DNA from: Dehalococcoidia bacterium
GTDB taxonomy: Bacteria; Chloroflexota; Dehalococcoidia; GIF9; UBA5629
DNA length: 64,000 bases
Reading direction: 5' to 3'
Assembly (NCBI GenBank): GCA_050011565.1
Contig: JBEKIW010000003.1
Location: forward strand, 1-64,000
In this document: one piece after another, positions 31,125 through 39,535 of the stretch
Position numbering within the stretch: position 1 is the first letter of the stretch
Layout: each line of letters opens with the position of its first letter
Made by a program: the position numbers and the translations under genes
Notes under the pieces: model-generated
Seen by the model: only the letters and a program-made list of their open reading frames with translations
The model's database searches: none
Told to the model about the DNA's origin: nothing

Positions 31125-32181
31125 GAAACGCGTAGCTGTAGCCTTAAGCGGCGGAGTCGACTCCTCGATGGCAGCCTGCCTGCTCCAAGAAGCCGGCTAC
31201 GAAGTCATCGGTATAACCATGTCCTTGTGTACCGAGGAGAAATCGACGCCGGATAAACGGCGACACGCCTGCCCATCAGCATTGAATATTCGCGATGCCG
31301 AGCACATCTGCCGCACTCTCGGCATACCCTTTCACCTCATCGACCTGGAACATGAGTTCAAGCATCACGTAATCGATTATTTCTGCCGAGAATATGCCCG
31401 CGGCCGGACCCCGAACCCGTGCATTGCTTGCAATCGGCATATAAAATTCGGCTGCCTCCTTGACCACGCCCTTTCGCTGGGCGCCGGCTATTTAGCTACC
31501 GGCCACTACGCCAGAGTCAAGCACTACAACGATACTTACCACCTGCTTCAGGGCCTTGACCGGGCTAAAGACCAGTCTTACATGCTCTACACGCTGGGGC
31601 AGGACAATCTCGGCCGCGTACTCTTTCCGCTGGGTGATTACACCAAGTCGCAGGTACGAGAGTTAGCCCGGCAAAAAGGCTTGCCCACCGCCGGTAAGCC
31701 AAGCAGCCAGGATATCTGCTTCATCGCCTCCGACTACGGCACATTTCTCAGCCAGTATGTTGCCGCAACTCCCGGGGAAATCGTCGACAGCCACGGCGAA
31801 GTGCTTGGCCGCCATAGAGGGACAGCGTTTTTCACGGTGGGGCAGAGGCACGGCCTGGGGCTGGCTACCGCCGAAACACTCTACGTCACCAAAATAGACC
31901 CGGACAAAAGCCAGCTTGTCGTCGGCTCCAGAGAAGACCTCTATCGCTCCCGTCTTACCGCCGCCGAAGTGAACTGGATATCTGGAAATCCACCTTCGGA
32001 ACCATTGATGGTGACTGTTAAAATACGGTATCAGTCGCCGGATGTTTCCGCCACACTATACCCGGCACCAGGCTTGGCTGAAGTCAACTTCCAGCATCCG
32101 CAGCCCGCCATTACACCCGGCCAGGCAGCGGTCTTTTATAAAGACGACGAAGTTCTAGGCGGTGGCATCATTGAAAGCTAA
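31117..32181 (+). CDS. mnmA: tRNA 2-thiouridylase
   Basis: SGGVDSS, TPNPC..CN..IKF, ATGHY, KDQSY, SQDICF, PGQ. Confidence 0.97.
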   Translation: MSKKRVAVALSGGVDSSMAACLLQEAGYEVIGITMSLCTEEKSTPDKRRHACPSALNIRDAEHICRTLGIPFHLIDLEHEFKHHVIDYFCREYARGRTPNPCIACNRHIKFGCLLDHALSLGAGYLATGHYARVKHYNDTYHLLQGLDRAKDQSYMLYTLGQDNLGRVLFPLGDYTKSQVRELARQKGLPTAGKPSSQDICFIASDYGTFLSQYVAATPGEIVDSHGEVLGRHRGTAFFTVGQRHGLGLATAETLYVTKIDPDKSQLVVGSREDLYRSRLTAAEVNWISGNPPSEPLMVTVKIRYQSPDVSATLYPAPGLAEVNFQHPQPAITPGQAAVFYKDDEVLGGGIIES

Positions 32182-32824
32182 AGTTAAAAAATCTAAATCC
32201 GACCCGCCGAGCCTGGTTGAGGAAAACTGGCTCAGCGCCAGAGGCTATCGTCTCATCGCCGGAGTAGACGAAGCCGGCCGCGGCGCCCTGGCCGGCCCGG
32301 TAGTCGCCGCCGCCGTTATACTGCCGCCGGCCCCTTCATTCCGCTGGCTCGAATCAGTCCGCGACAGCAAAGAGCTGCCGGCAGCCAGGCGCGAGTCACT
32401 TTTCGACCTGATTAAACAGGACGCCATAGCTGTCAGCGTGGGTATCATCGCCCCGCAGATCATCGACGTTATCGGCATACTCAATGCCACTAAAATTGCC
32501 ATGTGCCACGCCGTCGAGCAGCTAGCCAGCCCGCCTGATTTCTTGCTCATCGACTTCGTGCGCCTGACGCAGCTCCGCATCTCCCAAAAGCCTATAGTCC
32601 GCGGCGACAAGTTATGCCTTTCCATCGCCTGCGCCTCGATTATCGCCAAGGTTACCCGCGACCGGATTATGGTGGAGCTTGACCATCTTCACCCGGGCTA
32701 CGGCTTAGCCGACCACAAAGGCTACGGCACCAAAAAGCATGTATCCTGTCTGCGTCAAAACGGCCCTTCACCCATCCACCGCCACTCCTTCGCCCCGGTA
32801 ATAGAGGCTGCGCAGTCAAAATGA
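32162..32824 (+). CDS. rnhB: Ribonuclease HII
   Basis: GVDEAGRG.LAGPV, DSK, ASIIAKV.RD, HKGYGT. Confidence 0.97.
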   Translation: MASLKAKVKKSKSDPPSLVEENWLSARGYRLIAGVDEAGRGALAGPVVAAAVILPPAPSFRWLESVRDSKELPAARRESLFDLIKQDAIAVSVGIIAPQIIDVIGILNATKIAMCHAVEQLASPPDFLLIDFVRLTQLRISQKPIVRGDKLCLSIACASIIAKVTRDRIMVELDHLHPGYGLADHKGYGTKKHVSCLRQNGPSPIHRHSFAPVIEAAQSK

Positions 32825-33180
32825 AACGCAAAGAGCTCGGCGCTACCGGCGAAAAGCTGGCCAGAGACTTTCTTAAAAAGAAGGGCTATAGAATACGCGA
32901 CACCAACTTCCGCTGCCGTGAAGGCGAGATAGACATCGTCGCCCAGAAAAAAGACTGTCTTGTCTTCGTCGAAGTCCGGACCAAGGCCAGTTCCGGCTTC
33001 GGCAGCCCCGAAGAATCGGTGACCTTAGCCAAGAAAGAAAAACTTATCGCCTCAGCCCTTACTTACCTGTCCGAACACCAGGACCTGCCCGAGTCCTGGC
33101 GCATAGACTTCGTTGCCGTTGAGCTCGACCAGAACGGCAAAGCCAAACGCATCGAGCTTATAGAGAACGCCATAAGCTAA
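32821..33180 (+). CDS. yraN: YraN family (UPF0102) nuclease-like protein
   Basis: GE..A...L, GEIDIV, VFVEV.T, R.D. Confidence 0.93.
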   Translation: MKRKELGATGEKLARDFLKKKGYRIRDTNFRCREGEIDIVAQKKDCLVFVEVRTKASSGFGSPEESVTLAKKEKLIASALTYLSEHQDLPESWRIDFVAVELDQNGKAKRIELIENAIS

Positions 33181-33243
33181 GGCAAAGGTAAAACATCGTG
33201 GTTTGTTTCCCCCTTAGAAAAAGGGGGGTTGAGGGGGATTTAA

Positions 33244-33272
33244 TTGACAGCGCTAAAATTGTTATTTATAAT
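33244..33272 (+). promoter_or_regulatory. Sigma70 promoter for the riboswitch/CDF transcript
   Basis: TTGACA-N17-TATAAT, perfect consensus. Confidence 0.85.
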
Positions 33273-33281
33273 CAAGAAAAG

Positions 33282-33366
33282 CACTTGGAGCAGGCGATCT
33301 CGACAATAGCGGGATGCAGCCGGGCTTTAAGCCAGCAACGGGGATTATGTCCCGTGGGACTAAGTG
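33282..33366 (+). ncRNA. NiCo (czcD) metal riboswitch
   Basis: GAGCAGGC...AGCGG...UGCAGCCGGGC...GCAAC...GUGGGAC conserved junction motifs; closing stem CACUUG/UAAGUG; upstream of a CDF gene. Confidence 0.88.
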
Positions 33367-33382
33367 TCCTGCGGGATTTTTT
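33350..33382 (+). terminator. Riboswitch expression-platform terminator
   Basis: tcccgtgggac-taagt-gtcctgcggga followed by tttttt; overlaps the 3' side of the aptamer. Confidence 0.8.
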
Positions 33383-33394
33383 ATGCCAAAACCA

Positions 33395-34375
33395 ATGAGT
33401 GAACAAAGGGAAAAGTCCAGGGTAGCCGCGCTCTCCGTTATCTCCAACACGGTACTGGTACTGTTCAAGGCCGCCGTCGGCATACTCATCGGCTCAGTTT
33501 CCGTGCTCTCCGAAGCCATCCACTCGGGAATGGACCTGGTGGCGGCTCTCATCGCCTTCTTCGCCGTCCGCATAGCCGGTAGGGCCGCCGACGAGGAGCA
33601 CCCCTTCGGGCACACCAAAGTGGAAAACATTTCCGGCGGCATTGAAGCCTTGCTGATTATCGTAGCTGCTGTCTGGATTATCTATGCAGCCGTGCAAAAG
33701 CTCATAAATCCTCATCCATTGGAGACAGTCGGTTGGGGTGTCGGCATCATGCTTGTATCAACCATCGCCAACTTTATAGTCTCCCAACAACTGTTCAAGG
33801 TCGGCAAGGAAACCGATTCTGCAGCCTTGCTGGCAGACGGATGGCATTTGCGGACCGATGTTTATACCTCAGCTGGGGTCATGGTTGGACTAGGCCTCAT
33901 CTGGCTCGGGGGATACGTTTTCCCCGGCCTCAATCTGGTCTGGCTCGACTCGGTTATAGCCATTGCCGTGGCCGGCCTTATCCTCCACGCTGCGTACGAC
34001 TTAACCAAACGTGCCATACAGGACCTGGTCGACCAGAGCATCCCGATTGAGGAAAAGAAGTGGATGCAAAATTATCTCTCGGCCTTATATCCCACGGTGC
34101 GCTCCTTCCATCGGCTCCGCACGCGTAAAGCCGGAGCCACGCGTTTTATCAATTTACACCTGGCTCTCGATTCAAAATTAACGGTAGCCGAATCCCACAG
34201 CATCGGTGACAAAATAGTGGCCGACTTCAAAGCCCACTTTCCGCACGATGTAGATGTTATAGTTCATATCGAACCGTGTGATGGCGTCTGCAGCCCCGCC
34301 TGTGAAAGCGGCTGCCTGCTCAACGACGAGGAACAGAAAGCAGCCAAAACTTCCGGAGAAGGTACCGCTAAGTAG
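33395..34375 (+). CDS. Cation diffusion facilitator (FieF/CzcD-like) metal exporter
   Basis: SEAIHS..D, HPFGH.K.E, HLRTD, HIEP; Cys-rich tail. The start is ATG 33383 or 33395; the longer ORF runs through the riboswitch. Confidence 0.93.
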   Translation: MSEQREKSRVAALSVISNTVLVLFKAAVGILIGSVSVLSEAIHSGMDLVAALIAFFAVRIAGRAADEEHPFGHTKVENISGGIEALLIIVAAVWIIYAAVQKLINPHPLETVGWGVGIMLVSTIANFIVSQQLFKVGKETDSAALLADGWHLRTDVYTSAGVMVGLGLIWLGGYVFPGLNLVWLDSVIAIAVAGLILHAAYDLTKRAIQDLVDQSIPIEEKKWMQNYLSALYPTVRSFHRLRTRKAGATRFINLHLALDSKLTVAESHSIGDKIVADFKAHFPHDVDVIVHIEPCDGVCSPACESGCLLNDEEQKAAKTSGEGTAK

Positions 34376-34420
34376 CGAACCTACCGCATAAATCGCTGCA
34401 ATCTGGTAATATCGCCGTAA

Positions 34421-35011
34421 TCACTTTTGACCTTTAACTTTTGACTTTTTACCTTCGTTCAGGTACTGCTTGCGGAATTTATCCAGCTTGGGGGCAATCA
34501 CCACGCTGCAATACGGCTGTTCCGGGTTTCTGGCGAAGTACTCCCGGTGATATTCCTCCGCCGGATAGAAATCCTTAAACGCCGCTACCTGCGTCACCAC
34601 CGGCGCCCCCCAGGTCTTCGAGGCATTCAATTGCTTTATGGCTTCCTCGGCCTCGGCTTTCTGCTCTGGGTTGTGATAAAAGATGGCCGAACGGTACTGA
34701 GTGCCGACATCAGCCCCCTGCCTGTTCAGCGTCGTCGGGTCGTGCACGGCGAAGAAAATGGCCAGTATTTCCCTAAAGGAAATTTTCTTGGGGTCGTAGG
34801 TCAACTGCACCGACTCGGCATGTCCCGTGGCCCCGCTGCAGACCGCGGCGTAAGACGGATTGACGCTGGTGCCTCCCGAATAGCCGGAGACCATCTTCTC
34901 TATACCCTTCACTTCCTTGAAAATAGCTTCCAGACACCAGAAGCAGCCGCCGGCCAGCGTGGCCACTTCCTTATCCTTATTCGGATTTGTTTTTTCGTTT
35001 TCTGGCTTCAT
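34421..35011 (-). CDS. msrA: Methionine-S-sulfoxide reductase
   Basis: GGCFWC, TGHAE, HDPT, QYRS, AEEYH. Confidence 0.97.
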   Translation of the reverse strand: MKPENEKTNPNKDKEVATLAGGCFWCLEAIFKEVKGIEKMVSGYSGGTSVNPSYAAVCSGATGHAESVQLTYDPKKISFREILAIFFAVHDPTTLNRQGADVGTQYRSAIFYHNPEQKAEAEEAIKQLNASKTWGAPVVTQVAAFKDFYPAEEYHREYFARNPEQPYCSVVIAPKLDKFRKQYLNEGKKSKVKGQK

Positions 35012-35020
35012 ACTATCGGC

Positions 35021-35473
35021 TTATCCCTTGACAAATTTCAGGGCCGCCCCGTTAATGCAGTAGCGCATACCGGTGGGAGGCGGGCCGTCGTTGAAAACAT
35101 GGCCCAGGTGGGCATCGCATCTGGCGCAGAGCACTTCCGTCCGGTTCATGAACAGGCTGAAATCTCCTATTAGCCTTATATTCAAGTCCGAAACCGGCTC
35201 GTAGTAGCTTGGCCAGCCCGTGCCCGATTCAAATTTAGTCGTCGACTTGAACAAATCGGTACCGCACCGGACGCACTGAAAAATACCCGTTTCCTTTATT
35301 TCTTCAAAGGCGCAGGTGAAGGGGTGCTCGGTTCCTTTTTTGGTGGTTATCTCATATTGCTCGCGGGTCAACAGCTTCTTCCACTCGACATCCGTCTTGA
35401 TGACCTTATCGACGTAGACAATTTTGTTCTGGCGGCTGTCAAATATCCGAACTCTTTTTGTATCGGTAGTCAT
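35021..35473 (-). CDS. msrB: Methionine-R-sulfoxide reductase
   Basis: GTE.PF, SGTGWPS, HLGHVF.DGP, RYCIN. Confidence 0.97.
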   Translation of the reverse strand: MTTDTKRVRIFDSRQNKIVYVDKVIKTDVEWKKLLTREQYEITTKKGTEHPFTCAFEEIKETGIFQCVRCGTDLFKSTTKFESGTGWPSYYEPVSDLNIRLIGDFSLFMNRTEVLCARCDAHLGHVFNDGPPPTGMRYCINGAALKFVKG

Positions 35474-35584
35474 TGCTCTGTTCCCTTTACGGGGATTGTA
35501 GCAGTGCGATAATTAAAAAGTCGTTAAATTTGGTGGCTAAAGGTTACAAAGTTATAAAGAAAGATGAAGTTGGTTCTAAAAATC

Positions 35585-35682
35585 ATTCCCCTCTACCTCG
35601 AAGGGGAGAGGGGAGCAGGCATTCACTGGGATTTACGTATATTCCCTCTCCCTTGACGGGAGAGGGCAAGGGTGAGGGTGAA
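35585..35682. repeat. CCTCTCCC/GGGAGAGG palindromic repeat family (also about 37005..37100, 53627..53740, 56945..56990)
   Basis: ccctctcccttgacgggagagggcaagggtgagggtga and related hairpins in intergenic spaces. Confidence 0.75.
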
Positions 35683-35690
35683 ATTCAAAA

Positions 35691-35903
35691 TCAGTCGTTG
35701 TGATTTTGCATCCTGACTCTTCTGCCGGCCGCCGCCGCCAGTGGCGCCACCGCTATCCACAGCGTGATGGTAATCAGCATAGACGTGGGATAGTCAATTT
35801 TGTTAAGGCCCAGCTTGGGTGCAATAACGCCCCAGAGCAACATAAAAAACAGTGAACTCAGAAAGAAGCCGGGGATAGCCGCCAATATGCTTATGAAGCC
35901 CAT
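35691..35903 (-). CDS. Small 2-TM membrane protein (paralog of 36513..36746)
   Basis: ILAAIPGFFLSSLFFMLLWGVIAPK shared with 36513..36746; AGGAGG SD. Confidence 0.8.
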   Translation of the reverse strand: MGFISILAAIPGFFLSSLFFMLLWGVIAPKLGLNKIDYPTSMLITITLWIAVAPLAAAAGRRVRMQNHND

Positions 35904-35965
35904 GTCAGTCCTCCTTAGCCATATCTATCGACTTCGGCTAGATAAGCATTATACGTATAACGAAC

Positions 35966-36475
35966 TTATTCTTCCAGTATAGCCTTGATATCCCTGGTGG
36001 CGCCGGCCATCACCTCGCGTATGCGCTTCATTTTGTCGGGCTCTATGCTCCGTGCCCGCTGCTTCATCAATCGCCCCAGCTCCCTGAAGTCGCCCATCAT
36101 GTCCATAATTATGCCCATATTCTCCGGGTTCCAGTGGTGCTTCATGTGGTTCCTGACTTCTGCGGCCTGGTCCTCCCGCTCCAATAGGAACTTGCTGCCC
36201 TCTTTGGTTATGGTATAGACCTTCTTGCCGTCACGTTCTACGGAGCTGGCATAGCCCATTTCCTCGAGCATCTGCAGCGTGGGATAGACCACGCCCGGGC
36301 TGGGCGTGTAAAAGCCGTGCGAGCTTTCCTCGAGGGCACGGATGATTTCGTACCCGTAACGCGGCTTCTCTTTCAGCAGGTCGAGTATCACATATTTCAA
36401 GTTCCCCTTGTGAAAGGGACTGCCATGACCAAACCCGTGGAAATGTTCAGCTCCCCAGGCTCTACCTCTAAACAT
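35966..36475 (-). CDS. PadR-family transcriptional regulator
   Basis: IL.LL...P.YGYEII, PSPGVVYPTL..LE, KKVY.IT; ATG 36475 with AGGAGG. Confidence 0.92.
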   Translation of the reverse strand: MFRGRAWGAEHFHGFGHGSPFHKGNLKYVILDLLKEKPRYGYEIIRALEESSHGFYTPSPGVVYPTLQMLEEMGYASSVERDGKKVYTITKEGSKFLLEREDQAAEVRNHMKHHWNPENMGIIMDMMGDFRELGRLMKQRARSIEPDKMKRIREVMAGATRDIKAILEE

Positions 36476-36512
36476 ATCTATTACCTCCTTTAAACTCAAG
36501 TGCACCCACTAT

Positions 36513-36746
36513 TTAATCTTTCGATTGGAAATGTCTGCTATGCCAGTGCCACATTCTGCCAACCCTAGCTGCCGCGGCCGCCAGAGGTGCTACCGCTATC
36601 CACAGCGTGATGGTCATCAGCATGGCCATGGGATAGTCAATGCCCTGCCATCCCATCTTAGGAGCAATAACGCCCCACAGCAGCATGAAGAACAACGAAC
36701 TCAGAAAGAAACCCGGAATTGCCGCCAGAATTCTAAAGTAACCCAT
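36513..36746 (-). CDS. Small 2-TM membrane protein (paralog of 35691..35903)
   Basis: Same conserved sequence; His-containing tail MWHWHSRH. Confidence 0.8.
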   Translation of the reverse strand: MGYFRILAAIPGFFLSSLFFMLLWGVIAPKMGWQGIDYPMAMLMTITLWIAVAPLAAAAARVGRMWHWHSRHFQSKD

Positions 36747-36797
36747 TTCAGCCCTCCTTTTATTTTGTTTTATTGTGACATATCTAGTACTATCACG

Positions 36798-36840
36798 ATA
36801 TATCTAGATATATTATAGAGTGCCTTAGCCGCCTTGTCAA
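36798..36840 (-). promoter_or_regulatory. Consensus promoter with overlapping palindromic operator
   Basis: TTGACA-N17-TATAAT (36840..36812) plus the perfect palindrome ATATATCTAGATATAT (36798-36813). Confidence 0.8.
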
Positions 36841-37170
36841 GAGGTTTTTGGTTGAATTTTTAAATTATTTTTCGCGGCGATTATCTTTGTAATCTGAAAC
36901 AATCAATGTAATCAATTTTTCATTTTTACTTGTCATTTTGATTTTTGCTTTTTAACCTTTGATTTTAACCCCGCTCATTCTGAGCTTGTCGAAGAATCTC
37001 TTTATTCTCTCTCCCCTGATGGAGGAAGGGTGGGCAGGCATCCAGCGAGGATTTACTCCCGCTGGGATATGGGGAAGGAGATAGTCAGAGTGAGGGGGAA
37101 ACCATCTTGACACCATGCCAGCGCTGTCATAATATAGTCATATAGGTACTACTTGGAGGGGGTGGTTCAA

Positions 37171-37851
37171 ATGGCACAACAAAATTCAATGGTAATCCAG
37201 ATTTCCCTGGGCTGGGCTAATGCCTTTGTCATTCGGGGCAAGCGCCCGGTGCTGGTCGACACCGGCTATCCCGGCAGCGCTCCCGCCATTATCGACAAGC
37301 TCACCCAGAACGGCGTCGACCCCGGCTGGCTCTCCCTCGTCCTCATCACCCACGGTCATTCCGACCACTTCGGCAGCGCCGCCGAGATTAAGAAGCAGAC
37401 CGGCGCGCCTGTTGCCGTTCACAAGCTCGATGCCGGAGCCTTAAAAACAGGTCGAGACCCTTCGCTTAAGCCGACCGGCTTCATCGGCAGGATGTTCTTG
37501 CCCCTGCTGGAACGCCGGGGTCCGGCCACAGCGCCGCCGCTGAAACCCGATATCATCATCGAAGGCGAGCTGGACCTCAGCAAATTCGGCGTTGACGGCA
37601 AGGTAATTCACACGCCGGGCCACACTCCCGGCTCCCTATCGGTCATTTTACCTAACGGCGAGTTCATCGTCGGCGACCTGATTATGCGCGGCATGCTTCG
37701 CTTCTGGCAGCCGAACTACCCCTTGTTCGCCGATAACATGGAACAGCTAAACAAAAGCCTCAAGCTGATACTTCGCAAAAAACCGACAAAAATCTACTGT
37801 ACCCACGGCGGCCCCTTCAGCCCCAAAGCCGTCCTGCGGAAGTTTTCCTAA
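37171..37851 (+). CDS. MBL-fold metallo-hydrolase
   Basis: LVDTG, THGHSDH, TPGHTPGS, GD, HG. Confidence 0.93.
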   Translation: MAQQNSMVIQISLGWANAFVIRGKRPVLVDTGYPGSAPAIIDKLTQNGVDPGWLSLVLITHGHSDHFGSAAEIKKQTGAPVAVHKLDAGALKTGRDPSLKPTGFIGRMFLPLLERRGPATAPPLKPDIIIEGELDLSKFGVDGKVIHTPGHTPGSLSVILPNGEFIVGDLIMRGMLRFWQPNYPLFADNMEQLNKSLKLILRKKPTKIYCTHGGPFSPKAVLRKFS

Positions 37852-38264
37852 GCAATGCTGCCTGACATCTACTGTGCTTTGAACATTTCGCTAAATTGTT
37901 GTCCTGGCCTTCTATAAGAGGAGCGACTCGCTGGCAAGGCACAGGCAAGCCAAAAAACTAAGAGGCTTGCCCTTCAGGGATTATGTTCTAACACGACCAT
38001 TGACACATGCAAAAACATGGCGCATACTAACACTAGCGATGTTTCTACATGATTTATTAGGGACTCGCAGATGGCTTTGCTTTTTATTTTCCATCGCTAC
38101 TATACCACTCCTATACCAGGTTTTACATTGACCGGATATCACACCTGGAAAAGTCTGGGCGTTGCACTTATTTTAGATGGAATAATCCAAGAAACTGTGG
38201 GAAAGGGAATTCCGCCGGTATAACAGGAAATTTCTGCAATTCATTCTTATTTGGAGGTTGAGTA

Positions 38265-39482
38265 ATGAGATTATCAGATTTTCAATGGGTCCGCAGCAGA
38301 AATAGCGTTTTCGGATTGTGTCTATACCTGGTACTGCTTGGCCTCATAATCGTTGGTGCAGCTGAATCGATAATGCCGAATGACGTCTATTCTGCCGAAT
38401 CCGCTATGGCCGGGAATAAACCGGTCATCCAAGTGTTCAAGGCTGAACCCATGGAACTGGATTCCCCCGCTTCGGCCGCCGTATATACCTTCAAGGTGAA
38501 GCTCGCCACGAATGTACAGATAAGTGAGGCGGGCACTAACATTAAAAACATCAGTAACCCTTCCGGCGCCACCCTTCAAGGGACTGCCAACGGGCTGCCG
38601 GCCTCCTCAATACCGACGGATGGCAGCGGTAAGTTTGTCTGCACCATCGTGGCCAGCAACGAATACGGCACCAATACGGCAGCGCTAGAACTATCTATTG
38701 CCGCCAATCTTATACCGGCTGGACAATCAGGGTCGACGGATAACCAGACCAAGCCCCGTACACCTAATTGGTTACTTCAGTTTTCCACGCCAAGTACTTC
38801 AACTCCGTCGACTGGGTCTAAGACTGGTTCTGAACCTGTGTTTTTCACATGCCCCAGCAGCTGCGAAGCCTGCCTGAAACCTGAGGACGCAGCCAGCCGT
38901 GGGTACACCCAGAGATGCTCCGACCAGCCCTGCTATTACTCCCCTGATAACCAGCAAAAGTGGTATTGCTACAGCGAGCCGGAAGGCTGGTGCTGCGCCA
39001 ATGAAAAAGTCAGCCAGACCACCAAACGTGAATGCACCCAGATGGGAGGCTCCTACTGGTCCACCAACCAGAACGAGGCACTACAAGCCTGCCAGCCGGT
39101 AGGCTGGTGCTGCAGGGACGGTAATCTATACCAGGCCACCAAGGATCAGTGTGCCCAGATGGGAGGCTCCTACTGGTCCACCAACCAGAACGAGGCACTA
39201 CAAGCCTGCCAGCCGGTAGGCTGGTGCTGCAGGGACGGCAATCTATATCAGTCCACCCAGGCTCAGTGTACCCAGATGGGAGGCTCCTACTGGTCCACCA
39301 ACCAGGCCCAGGTCGTGGCAAGCTGCCGTCAGGCGGCGACGTGCTGGTGCTGCGCGTCCGGCAAGGTCTTTCAGACCACCCAGGCTCAGTGCACCCAATC
39401 CGGAGGGGCCTGTTATTCCACCCAATCCCAGGCGGACGCAGCCTGCCGTCAGACACAAATACGCACCCCCACCTTAAAGTGA
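38265..39482 (+). CDS. Secreted protein with Ig-like N-terminus and Cys-rich tandem repeats
   Basis: N-terminal hydrophobic signal; four ~39-aa WCC...C...GG...C units. Confidence 0.85.
   Translation: MRLSDFQWVRSRNSVFGLCLYLVLLGLIIVGAAESIMPNDVYSAESAMAGNKPVIQVFKAEPMELDSPASAAVYTFKVKLATNVQISEAGTNIKNISNPSGATLQGTANGLPASSIPTDGSGKFVCTIVASNEYGTNTAALELSIAANLIPAGQSGSTDNQTKPRTPNWLLQFSTPSTSTPSTGSKTGSEPVFFTCPSSCEACLKPEDAASRGYTQRCSDQPCYYSPDNQQKWYCYSEPEGWCCANEKVSQTTKRECTQMGGSYWSTNQNEALQACQPVGWCCRDGNLYQATKDQCAQMGGSYWSTNQNEALQACQPVGWCCRDGNLYQSTQAQCTQMGGSYWSTNQAQVVASCRQAATCWCCASGKVFQTTQAQCTQSGGACYSTQSQADAACRQTQIRTPTLK
38985..39452 (+). repeat. Intragenic tandem repeat, about 117-bp unit x4
   Basis: Units start at 38985, 39102, 39219 and 39342; cagatgggaggctcctactggtccaccaaccag occurs three times. 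Confidence 0.93.
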
Positions 39483-39535
39483 CGGTTTCTATTTAGCAGG
39501 CCCGGGAAAGTTGGAATAAATATGGAGGTAGTTAA

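Noticed and set aside
34421-35473. Selenocysteine forms of MsrA/MsrB
   Set aside because: Catalytic positions are ordinary Cys codons; no in-frame TGA
37930-37980. c-di-GMP riboswitch (ggcacaggcaagcc...)
   Set aside because: Lacks the GGCAAAC/GAAA tetraloop and GCAAAG second-stem pattern; only a simple GGCAAGCC/GGCTTGCC hairpin
38985-39452. CRISPR array
   Set aside because: Units are in-frame 117-bp coding repeats without unique spacers; no cas genes
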